DNA of 33,875 nt from an uncultured Lachnospiraceae bacterium (GTDB taxonomy: Bacteria; Bacillota; Clostridia; Lachnospirales; Lachnospiraceae), in assembly GCA_902796405.1 (NCBI GenBank), contig CADBOY010000036.1:1-33875 (forward strand), given 5' to 3'. Position numbers and translations under genes: made by a program. Positions 8,734-16,508 of this stretch are shown here, piece by piece (position 1 is the first letter of the stretch; each line of letters starts with the position of its first letter). A model generated the notes under the pieces. It did not search any database. It saw nothing but the letters and a program-made list of their open reading frames with translations, and was not told the origin of the DNA.

Positions 8734-9834
8734 TCAGGATTCAGCGTCGCGCTTCGCCGTGGCCTTCTCCAGGCGGTAGATCTCATACGCCGAAGCTTCC
8801 GCCCACTCCTTGCTGACCGCACTGCTGTGCTTCGTGTCAAAGGTGTAATGCTCCTTCAGGTAACTGATCAGGAAGCTGGTCACCTTGCGGGCACCCCAGG
8901 AATTCACATGGCAGCTGTTGTAATAATCCGTGTCGAAGTCCAGACCGATCTCGTCATAATAGTGATTCAGGTTCAGAAACGGGAATCCGTACTCCGCGAT
9001 CCTGTCGGCAATGGTATTGTTCATCGCCGCCTGCTCTCTGGTCAGCGTGCAGGGAGACTCCATAAAGAGAACCGGCACTTCATGATCCCGGCAGTACTCC
9101 AGCAGGCGAGTCAGCGCCTTCTCCTTCTCTGGGTCCAGCTCTCCCCGCCAGGTCACATCCTCATAGGAAGAAGGGCGTTCCATGGGCTCAATGCGAAATA
9201 CATCATCCCATCCCATCATCGGAAGTTTCTCTTTGTTGTCAATATAGGCCAGCTGGTCTGCCGTGAGATTTTCCCAGTTGTCATGATACATCAGCAGATC
9301 AAACTCCGTATTCAGGAAATCCTGCATCGGCACCAGTGTGCGGACCGTCTGATCCCGTACCAACGAGAAATTCATGCCATCGGTGACGCGGTGCGCATAG
9401 ATCAGCCGGTCGTCCGCATTGTATTCCACCAGTGCATCCCGCACTTCGATGATAAAAAGTTCCGGGGACTGGGTCTTTTCCGCTTCTTCGATGATATACG
9501 GATAGGAGGCCATCGGCATGGCACCGACTGAGAGGTTATAGGACGTGATTCCGGTGTTCTCCCAGATCCACGGATTGTTGATGAACCGATAGGCTGCGCT
9601 GTTTCCGATGCAGATCATATCCAGGGAATTTTTCTCCATCGAATAAAATTCCGGAAAAACCCATCGGTAATTGCCGTAATCATCCGGACGCAGCAGATAA
9701 GTGATATGAATCAGGGAAAAGGCCAGGATCGCCAGAAAAAGGGCGGATCCCAGAACGCGCTGGATGATTCCGGCTGCTCTCTTCGGCCTCCCCCTGGTTT
9801 CTGTCTGTTGTGTTGTCATCCGCGTCTGATCCAT
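8734..9834 (-). CDS. Membrane-anchored SGNH/AlgJ-DltD-like (DHHW-type) putative O-acyl transferase/esterase
   Basis: Track ORF 8734..10005. ATG 9834 is preferred because GGAG lies 7 nt upstream. There is a TM helix ALFLAILAFSLIHITYLL, an ICIGNSAAY block and a C-terminal DYYNSCHVNSWGA resembling the DxHW..GA motif. The function is uncertain. Confidence 0.55.
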   Translation of the reverse strand: MDQTRMTTQQTETRGRPKRAAGIIQRVLGSALFLAILAFSLIHITYLLRPDDYGNYRWVFPEFYSMEKNSLDMICIGNSAAYRFINNPWIWENTGITSYNLSVGAMPMASYPYIIEEAEKTQSPELFIIEVRDALVEYNADDRLIYAHRVTDGMNFSLVRDQTVRTLVPMQDFLNTEFDLLMYHDNWENLTADQLAYIDNKEKLPMMGWDDVFRIEPMERPSSYEDVTWRGELDPEKEKALTRLLEYCRDHEVPVLFMESPCTLTREQAAMNNTIADRIAEYGFPFLNLNHYYDEIGLDFDTDYYNSCHVNSWGARKVTSFLISYLKEHYTFDTKHSSAVSKEWAEASAYEIYRLEKATAKRDAES

Positions 9835-10084
9835 CTCATGCTCCATTTCGTGACAGAACTCAGTTACTGTTGTCTCTGCCGCATACTCGCAGCGGTTCGG
9901 TTGCAGGTGCCAGCGCATCGTACTATAATGAAGTGGCACGGCCGGCCGGTTCCCGGAGAAGGAAAGTCGGAAGGAAACAACAGACTTAGCCAGGTTCTGG
10001 AGCAAACACTATCTTATCCCGTCAGAAAACCGTGGCTGCCGGCTGGGCCGCCCAGGCGGGTCTTCTGGACCTGCCTTTTCTTTT

Positions 10085-10795
10085 TCACCCCGCTTTGTCG
10101 GACGTTCTTTCCGAAGCCTCTCCCGCTGTCCGGCAGGGATTCAGCCGGATCAGCCGGACTTCGTTGCGGGGATCCGGGCGCAGCAGAATATCTGCGTCCA
10201 TGACCTGTCTGTTTCCATAATTCGAAAGAAGAATCCTCGCCGGATTTTCTCCCCAGCCCGTGATCGTCATCCAGTGCCAGGTATCCTCATCGATCTCCGG
10301 CGCCGTGTGGCCCAGAACAAGAAGAGCGAGCGGCTGTCCTTCCTCAATGGCGCGCCGCACAAACTGCCACGGCTCCTCCGCGCTGGTCCAGCCGCAGATC
10401 GTCTCCGGCTGAAGCGACCACCCATGCTCCCCGGCATAGTGCTGGAAGCGCTCCAGGTACGTGCTGACATGAGGGAATCCTTTGATCCCGGGGCGCATCC
10501 GGCGGTACATATCCTTCTGAAGCTTCAGCCAGGTCTCCAGCCGGTATACGGGAACATCCCCCTCCATCCGGTCCGGTTCCACGCCGATCCGGAAGAAAGC
10601 GGCCAGATTCGAGGCGGAAACAGAGGCGCAGCCCGCGAGACGGGCCCAGTGTCTGGAAAACCACTTCTGGGAACCCCCGTAAGCCCTCTTCCCCGGCTCT
10701 CGGTTTTCTTCGCGGATCCGGCTATCGTCCGGACGGACTTCGATCTCCGGAAAGCCTCGAAGCTCTCTCATCTGACTTTCTGCTGCTGCGCTCAT
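10085..10795 (-). CDS. Hypothetical protein with papain-like (C39/BtrH_N-like) Cys-His signature
   Basis: A Gln (SQKWF) lies about 12 residues before LAGCASVSASNL. A later DTWHWMTITGW supplies a candidate His. The ATG overlaps the upstream stop (ATGA at 10792-10795). Confidence 0.5.
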   Translation of the reverse strand: MSAAAESQMRELRGFPEIEVRPDDSRIREENREPGKRAYGGSQKWFSRHWARLAGCASVSASNLAAFFRIGVEPDRMEGDVPVYRLETWLKLQKDMYRRMRPGIKGFPHVSTYLERFQHYAGEHGWSLQPETICGWTSAEEPWQFVRRAIEEGQPLALLVLGHTAPEIDEDTWHWMTITGWGENPARILLSNYGNRQVMDADILLRPDPRNEVRLIRLNPCRTAGEASERTSDKAG

Positions 10796-11193
10796 CCCAT
10801 CGTAACCATCAGGATCAGTCCTATTATCATCAGCACCGCGCCGAAAACGGCAACGCCGGTCAGAATGAAAAACGGTGCCCGTCTCTCGTCACGGTCATCA
10901 TCTTCCCAGTCTGCTGTGGGCATTTCTCTCATCTCTTCCGCCACAGGCATCCTCGGCCGCTCTTCCGCCGCGGGCATCCTTGGCCTCTCTTCCGCCGCAG
11001 GCATCTCCGGCCTCTCTTCCGCCGCTTCAGCGCCGACCTTCACTCCACAGCGCGGACAGAACTTCGTTCCGGGGTCAAGACGTGCTCCACAATTTGTGCA
11101 GAATCTGGGAGTTTCTGCGAATTTTTCCCCACATTCTGCGCAGAATTTCGCGTTATCCTCATTCTCATAACCACAGGAAGGGCATCTTTTCAT
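10792..11193 (-). CDS. Zinc-ribbon membrane protein with a tandem-repeat linker
   Basis: The start is at ATG 11193 (MKRCPSCGYEN), with AGGAGGAG upstream. There are two CxxC...CxxC ribbons (CPSCG..CAECG and CTNCG..CPRCG), four 9-aa repeats and a C-terminal TM helix FFILTGVAVFGAVLMIIGLILMV. Confidence 0.75.
   Translation of the reverse strand: MKRCPSCGYENEDNAKFCAECGEKFAETPRFCTNCGARLDPGTKFCPRCGVKVGAEAAEERPEMPAAEERPRMPAAEERPRMPVAEEMREMPTADWEDDDRDERRAPFFILTGVAVFGAVLMIIGLILMVTMG
10918..11025 (-). repeat. 4 x 27-nt in-frame tandem repeat (AAEERP(E/R)MP units) inside the zinc-ribbon gene
   Basis: The protein repeats are AAEERPEMP, AAEERPRMP, AAEERPRMP and VAEEMREMP. The DNA period is 27 nt. Confidence 0.85.
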
Positions 11194-11228
11194 GATCGTT
11201 CTCCTCCTGCACATTCGTGCTCATGCAA

Positions 11229-11261
11229 ATGCAGCGGCAGCCGGTCCGGCCGCCGCTGCAT
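11229..11261 (-). terminator. Hairpin downstream of dapL (probable terminator with a weak U-tract)
   Basis: ATGCAGCGGC pairs with GCCGCTGCAT (10 bp), with an inner GCCGG/CCGGC stem. On the minus strand only TTTGCAT follows. Confidence 0.45.
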
Positions 11262-11292
11262 CTTCCAGGCATTAACCGGCCGCTGTCCCGGC

Positions 11293-12546
11293 TCACTCTC
11301 TGCGGTAAAGTTCCGCGAGACGGTCAACTGCCTCCTTGGTATTCTCATAGGTGCCAAACGCCGTGATCCGGATAAATCCTTCTCCGTGCGGGCCGAAGCC
11401 GGAGCCCGGAGTGGTCACTACATTGGCATCCTCCAGGAAATGATCGAAGCACTCCCAGCTGTTTCGTCCGCCAGTCGTGCGAAGCCAGATATAGGGCGCG
11501 TCCACACCGCCGAAGACCTCGTAGCCGGCTGCCTGCAGATGTTCACGGATATAGCTCGCATTGCGCATGTAATAGGCAACCTGCTGTCTGGTCTGTGCCT
11601 GCCCCTCCGGAGAATATACCGCTTCGCCGGCCCGCTGCACGATATACGGCGCACCATTGAACTTCGTTCCATGGCGGCGCAGCCACAGCGAATGAAGCTC
11701 TATCTCGCGCTCACCGTCATCCGTCTTCACGCGGCACACCAGGTCATGCGGAACAATCGTCGCACCGAGGCGCGTTCCGGTAAAGCCGGCATTCTTCGAG
11801 AAGGAGCGGATCTCAATGGCGCAGGTTCTCGCGCCGCTGCATTCATAGATGGAATGCGGCACATCCGGCTCCGTGATATATGCTTCATACGCGGCGTCGT
11901 AGATGATGACGCTGCCATGTGCGTTCGCATAATCCACCCACTGCTGCAGTCTCTGACGGGAGAGCGCAGTTCCGGTGGGATTGTTCGGGGAGCAGATGTA
12001 AATCAGGTCCGGAACCTGATCTTCCGGGGGAACCGGAGCGAATCCGTTCTCCTGCGTGCAGGGCAGATAGATCACGCCGTCAAAATATCCTGTATTTTCA
12101 TTGTACTTTCCGGTGCGCCCGGCCATGACATTCGTGTCAAGATAGACCGGATAGACGGGGTCGCAGACCGCCACCTTCGCGTTCGGTCCGAAGATCTCCT
12201 GAATATTGCCGGAATCGCTCTTGGCGCCGTCGGAGATGAAGATCTCATCGTCCGCGATATCACAGCCTCTGGCCGCGAAATCGTGCTCACGCATCTTCTC
12301 GCGCAGGAATTCATATCCATTCTCCGGGCCATAGCCGCGGAATGTCGCCGCGTCACCCATCTCATCGACGGCGCGGTGGAGTGCCTCGATCACAGCCGGG
12401 CAGAGCGGCTGCGTGACATCGCCGATGCCGAGCCGGATGACGTTCCTGTCCGGATGCGCTTCCTGATAGGCTGCCACCTTCTTCGCGATGGTGGAGAACA
12501 GGTAGCTTCCCGGAAGCTTCAGATAATTCTCATTGATGGTAAACAT
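11293..12546 (-). CDS. dapL: LL-diaminopimelate aminotransferase
   Basis: The start is at ATG 12546 (MFTINENYLKLPGSYLFSTIAKKV, a typical DapL N-terminus), with GGAG upstream. The PLP-lysine block is SFSKNAGFTGTRLG. Confidence 0.9.
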   Translation of the reverse strand: MFTINENYLKLPGSYLFSTIAKKVAAYQEAHPDRNVIRLGIGDVTQPLCPAVIEALHRAVDEMGDAATFRGYGPENGYEFLREKMREHDFAARGCDIADDEIFISDGAKSDSGNIQEIFGPNAKVAVCDPVYPVYLDTNVMAGRTGKYNENTGYFDGVIYLPCTQENGFAPVPPEDQVPDLIYICSPNNPTGTALSRQRLQQWVDYANAHGSVIIYDAAYEAYITEPDVPHSIYECSGARTCAIEIRSFSKNAGFTGTRLGATIVPHDLVCRVKTDDGEREIELHSLWLRRHGTKFNGAPYIVQRAGEAVYSPEGQAQTRQQVAYYMRNASYIREHLQAAGYEVFGGVDAPYIWLRTTGGRNSWECFDHFLEDANVVTTPGSGFGPHGEGFIRITAFGTYENTKEAVDRLAELYRRE

Positions 12547-12684
12547 AATGATCTCCATTCCGCCGCCGTCAGCCAGCGGCTCAACTCAACAGGGAAGCGG
12601 CTCTTGCAAGCCGCCATTCTCCCGGTGGTATTCCCGCCGCGCCGGCCTACCGGCCTGCTGCGCAGCAGATACTTCCTCTCTTCA

Positions 12685-14160
12685 TCAGTCCGCGCTCTGC
12701 GGCTTCGCTCCTCCCCCGAGTTCCATTCGCTCCTTGGAATAGACATCCGGGACCTCCGTCGGGTAGATGCCGTCGAAGCAGCCGCAGCAGAAATTCTCCT
12801 TCTTCGATGCATCTCCGCCGGCAGCCAGCAGCTTTGCTGCATCCTCCGACAGATAGCCGAGGGAATCCGCCCCGATGATCTGAGCGATCTCATCCACAGA
12901 ATGATGACATGCGATCAGATTCTCTCTGGAGTCGATATCCGTGCCATAATAGCAGGGATTCAGGAAAGGCGGCGAGGAGATTCGCATATGAACTTCCTTC
13001 GCCCCAGCATCGCGCACCAGGCGGATCAGCCGTGCGGACGTTGTGCCGCGAACAATCGAATCGTCGACAAGAATCACCCGTTTTCCGCGCAGTACACTGC
13101 CGATCGCATTCAGCTTCAGGCGCACGAGATTCACTCTCTCCTGCTGCGTCGGCGCGATGAACGTACGCCCGATGTATTTGTTCTTGATCAGGCCGATGGA
13201 ATAGGGGATCCCGGATTCCCGGGAGTACCCGAGCGCGGCGTCCAGACCGGAATCCGGTACGCCGACTACAATATCCGCATCCACAGGGTGCTCTTTCGCG
13301 AGCGCACGGCCGGCGCCGACGCGGAAATCATGAGCGAAGACCCCGTCAATGCAGGAATCGGGCCTCGAAAAATAGATATATTCAAAGATACAGTGTGAGC
13401 GCTTCTTTACATCGCCGCAGTGACGGCGGTCGGAACGAATTCCGTTCTTGTCGCAGACGATGATCTCACCAGGATCCAGATCCCGCACGAACTCTGCGCC
13501 GACGGCATCGAGTGCGCAGCTCTCGGAAGAGAACACCACGCCGCCATCCGGCAGTTTGCCGTAGCAGAGCGGCCGGAATCCGTGCGGATCCCGGCAGGCA
13601 ATCATCTTCGCGGGGGACATGATCACCAGGGAATAGCTTCCATGGAAGAACGGCATCGAGCGGCTCACCGCCTCCTCGATGGATCCGCACTTCAGTCTCT
13701 GTCTCGTGATGATATAGGCGATGACCTCGGTGTCGCTGGTAGAATGGAAGATACATCCTTCCATCTCAAGCTCCTGACGAAGTGCCAGCGAATTCACGAG
13801 ATTGCCGTTGTGACAGACCGCCAGCTGCCCCTTTACGTGGCGAACTAGCATCGGCTGCGCATTCTCTCTTGTGACGCTGCCGCTCGTCGAATAGCGATCA
13901 TGGCCGATTGCCATCGTTCCGGTTCCCAGCCTGGTCAGCGAATCCCGGTCAAATACTTCATGCACGAGTCCGAGATCCTTGCTGCAGGTAATCACGCGGT
14001 CCTTGTTCACAGCGATTCCGGCGGCCTCCTGGCCGCGGTGCTGCAGCGCCGTCAGTCCGCAGTATACCAGGTGCGCGACATCGCCCTCCTGTGGCAGTCT
14101 GACTCCGAAAACGCCGCACTCCTCATGAAGTTCCGGCTTATCGTCTCTCTCTCCGGTCAT
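12685..14160 (-). CDS. purF: Amidophosphoribosyltransferase (glutamine-PRPP amidotransferase)
   Basis: A propeptide precedes the nucleophile Cys (ECGVFGV). The PRPP loop is VILVDDSIVRGTT, and Fe-S cysteines are present (CIFEY, NPCYYG, CCGCF). GGAGG lies 7 nt before the ATG. Confidence 0.95.
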   Translation of the reverse strand: MTGERDDKPELHEECGVFGVRLPQEGDVAHLVYCGLTALQHRGQEAAGIAVNKDRVITCSKDLGLVHEVFDRDSLTRLGTGTMAIGHDRYSTSGSVTRENAQPMLVRHVKGQLAVCHNGNLVNSLALRQELEMEGCIFHSTSDTEVIAYIITRQRLKCGSIEEAVSRSMPFFHGSYSLVIMSPAKMIACRDPHGFRPLCYGKLPDGGVVFSSESCALDAVGAEFVRDLDPGEIIVCDKNGIRSDRRHCGDVKKRSHCIFEYIYFSRPDSCIDGVFAHDFRVGAGRALAKEHPVDADIVVGVPDSGLDAALGYSRESGIPYSIGLIKNKYIGRTFIAPTQQERVNLVRLKLNAIGSVLRGKRVILVDDSIVRGTTSARLIRLVRDAGAKEVHMRISSPPFLNPCYYGTDIDSRENLIACHHSVDEIAQIIGADSLGYLSEDAAKLLAAGGDASKKENFCCGCFDGIYPTEVPDVYSKERMELGGGAKPQSAD

Positions 14161-14312
14161 GCTGTTTCCTCCCGGGTTCCCATATAGACCCGAAACGACG
14201 CTCCCAGAAGCAATTCCGAAGGCGCCGTCTGCTGCAACTTTGATTGAAATTATCGATTCTGCCCTGCGCCGCTGCGAAACGGATCCGCGGTCGACATCAC
14301 ATGCATATAAAA

Positions 14313-14340
14313 ATTATATCGTATTTCATTGGTATGTCAA
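14313..14340 (-). promoter_or_regulatory. Sigma-70/SigA-type promoter of purF
   Basis: The minus strand reads TTGACA (14340-14335), a 16-nt spacer, then TATAAT (14318-14313). This predicts a roughly 150-nt leader. Confidence 0.75.
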
Positions 14341-14480
14341 GGCAAATGACGGTTTCCCGGAAGTCCTGCTGTTCCTGGTATTGTCACAATTTTACGATAT
14401 TCTTTCATCTGATGTTTCTCCTGCCCTTGCTCCCTCGCCGCGTCCGCCTGGTCTTTCCTCTGCTCTATTGCCGGCATACG

Positions 14481-14527
14481 CAAAAGGAAGTTCCCAGCGC
14501 GGCAGCTGCGCCGCGCTGGGAACTTCC
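14481..14527 (-). terminator. Strong intrinsic terminator of the Sel1-repeat gene
   Basis: There is an 18-bp perfect stem, GGAAGTTCCCAGCGCGGC (14486-14503) with GCCGCGCTGGGAACTTCC (14510-14527), around a 6-nt loop. On the minus strand it is followed by TTTTG. It sits 50 nt after the stop. Confidence 0.8.
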
Positions 14528-14577
14528 TGCAGAAAAAGGGATCTTTCACCCGCATCCGGATTCCCGTACTGACTGCG

Positions 14578-16248
14578 TCACTGCGGATTTCCGCCTTCTG
14601 CCGGTTCATTCCAGAACAGATCGGCGCGGATCGAAGCAACCTCTTTGCCGTAGAAGAAAAACTCCGCACCGCGGATGTCATCAAAGTAAACCGGCGCTTC
14701 TGCGTTGATCTCCAGGCAGGTGATATTCTTCGCCGTCACAGTGACGGTCTCGGCGAGGCTGCAGTAATGCGCCTCCGGCACCGTCATAAAAATCTTCGGC
14801 GGAGTCTCTTCTCCGTCATACGGCATCACCTGGAACCAGATCGTCTTCACCCCGCCCGGCTCATTCTTCCAGTGCATCTGCAGGAAATGGTGCCGCCGCA
14901 GACCATACTGCAGAAGATAATCCAGAGAATGAATCCTGACGCAGCGGATCTTTCTCTGATATGAGGACAGCGGAAGCACCTGCGCGATGGACTGACTGAC
15001 TCGCCTTTCCAGGGCATCATCTCCGTAAAAATCTGCCTCATGCCGCCTCATGCGGATGGCGAACTGCGCCTGCAGGTAATAGTAGTACGCTCCGTCCGGA
15101 CTTGGCTCCGGGCTGGACACATCCTGTCCGGTTCGAAGCAGATCTCCCTGCCGGACCGCGATATCCGCGAACGCAGAGCGAAATTGCCCATGCCGGATAT
15201 CGCCCAAAGACTTCCGGTACAACTCATGGATCAGGTGCGTGGCAATCTCCGGGCTTTTCACGGTCCCATGCCCGGACAGGAACAAATCCGCCAGCTGATA
15301 GCCGGACTCCGGATTGCCGCCGGCCGCCCCAATGGAGAACATCCGGAACGCCTTCTCATATTCCGGCTCACCGTCATGCACCCGCCCATAGCGGTAGATG
15401 TGTCCCAGGGAATTCGCATAATCCGGGCTGGGCCGGATCTCCATCAGCCGCGTCAGGCAATCATGGGAAGCCTGCCAGTCCGCGTCATACACGGAATTTC
15501 CGCCGTAGCAGGCATATGCCTTCTTCTCCAGCGCCTCGGGGTCCGATCGTTCAACAAGCGCGTCCACTACTTTCCGGTAGATGCACCTGATCCGTGAATC
15601 CGCGGCGGCAATCTTCTCATCGCTTCTCCAGCATGCCAGGAAATGCTTCATCTGGCGCCAGGTCATATCCCGTTCGGTATCCGGCCGATCCCGCTGCTGG
15701 AGGTAAACCTGAATTTCCTCCCGGCATTCCTGAAGCGATACATCGCCGAACTGATCGTACTTCGTGCCCAGCATCCCCCAGACCGTCCGGAATACACTGC
15801 GCGCATCCGGAATGCCATCATCCTCTTCATCCGGGACACCGGGCCGTTCCATCCGGACGTACCGGTAGAGCTCTTCTTCCAGCCCCCAGTACCAGAGTCC
15901 TGCATTCTGATCCTTCGGATTCTCCGGCAGACGACCGAGCGCTGCCGTCAGATCATCCAAAGTCATCGTATACACTTCCGGGCAGTCAATATTTCCATAT
16001 TCCCGGCCGCCGCGCAGCTGCGCATAGGATATCCCGTACCGGCAGAACTGCTTCAGTTTTTCCCGGCTGACCCGCACCGGAGGTACGAATTCCCATGTTC
16101 TTAACGCCACCATGTCCTGCTGCCCGGAGAGCGGTCCATCCACATAGAGGACCTGTGCCTGTTCTCCCCTCACCTCATAGACAATGGCATACTGATACTC
16201 TTCCCCATCTCTGCGGCGAACCCAGTCTCCCGACTCCAGCGCATACAT
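14578..16248 (-). CDS. Sel1-like repeat protein with unassigned N- and C-terminal domains
   Basis: Track ORF 14578..16305. The start is at ATG 16248 (MYALESGDW), with AAGGAG 8 nt upstream. The central segment ANSLGHIYRYGRVHDGEPEYEKAFRMFSIGAAGGNPESGYQLADLFLSGHGTVKS fits the Sel1 repeat consensus. Confidence 0.65.
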   Translation of the reverse strand: MYALESGDWVRRRDGEEYQYAIVYEVRGEQAQVLYVDGPLSGQQDMVALRTWEFVPPVRVSREKLKQFCRYGISYAQLRGGREYGNIDCPEVYTMTLDDLTAALGRLPENPKDQNAGLWYWGLEEELYRYVRMERPGVPDEEDDGIPDARSVFRTVWGMLGTKYDQFGDVSLQECREEIQVYLQQRDRPDTERDMTWRQMKHFLACWRSDEKIAAADSRIRCIYRKVVDALVERSDPEALEKKAYACYGGNSVYDADWQASHDCLTRLMEIRPSPDYANSLGHIYRYGRVHDGEPEYEKAFRMFSIGAAGGNPESGYQLADLFLSGHGTVKSPEIATHLIHELYRKSLGDIRHGQFRSAFADIAVRQGDLLRTGQDVSSPEPSPDGAYYYYLQAQFAIRMRRHEADFYGDDALERRVSQSIAQVLPLSSYQRKIRCVRIHSLDYLLQYGLRRHHFLQMHWKNEPGGVKTIWFQVMPYDGEETPPKIFMTVPEAHYCSLAETVTVTAKNITCLEINAEAPVYFDDIRGAEFFFYGKEVASIRADLFWNEPAEGGNPQ

Positions 16249-16313
16249 CACCACCACTCCTTCCCGAGAACCCCCGCTCTCAGCAGCCTGAAAACCACTG
16301 GACATACGTAGTC

Positions 16314-16339
16314 TGAAAATTCTGCCATCAGAATTTTCA
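16314..16339. promoter_or_regulatory. Perfect 11-bp inverted repeat (operator-like) in the Sel1 gene leader
   Basis: The sequence is TGAAAATTCTG-ccat-CAGAATTTTCA. It lies about 18-43 nt downstream of the candidate -10 and 66 nt upstream of the ATG. No U-tract follows on either strand. Confidence 0.5.
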
Positions 16340-16356
16340 CTTTACTGGATAGTTTC

Positions 16357-16385
16357 ATCATACCCGATGGAATTCTAGATGTCCA
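16357..16385 (-). promoter_or_regulatory. Candidate promoter of the Sel1-repeat gene
   Basis: The minus strand reads TGGACA (16385-16380), a 17-nt spacer, then TATGAT (16362-16357). Confidence 0.55.
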
Positions 16386-16508
16386 GAAGAGAGGGGAATG
16401 GCAAGGGTGGGATTTTGGCGCCAATATTCCGCTGCTTCGCCACAATACAGCGAGAAGTTGCGAAGCTCCCGGCAGCTGGTTTCTTTGTCAAACTTCGCGG
16501 CAAATTGC

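Noticed and set aside
11386-13398. A 670-aa plus-strand ORF, the longest non-annotated ORF in the track.
   Set aside because: It is exactly antisense to dapL and purF, which both have unmistakable motifs. Its translation is Arg/Ala/Gly/His-rich low complexity with no SD, which is a typical shadow ORF in high-GC DNA.
14161-14312. A ykkC-type/PRPP, ZTP or guanine riboswitch in the purF leader.
   Set aside because: Only the CCCGGGAGG end resembles ykkC. The CUAGGGUUCCG, GGUCCGAGAG and ACACGG blocks, the ZTP GACUGGCG/CCGCCUGGGC blocks and the purine-riboswitch core are all absent by eye.
16425-16475. Recurrence of the GCGAAGC/GCTTCGC heptamer, and a shared 10-mer GCTGCTTCGC between the 16.4-kb intergenic region and the 176-nt element. 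This might suggest repeats bounding an island.
   Set aside because: The heptamer also occurs inside several unrelated genes (for example near 314, 1221, 8753, 12702 and 29826). The shared segments are not colinear between the two regions, so this is consistent with chance in GC-rich DNA.
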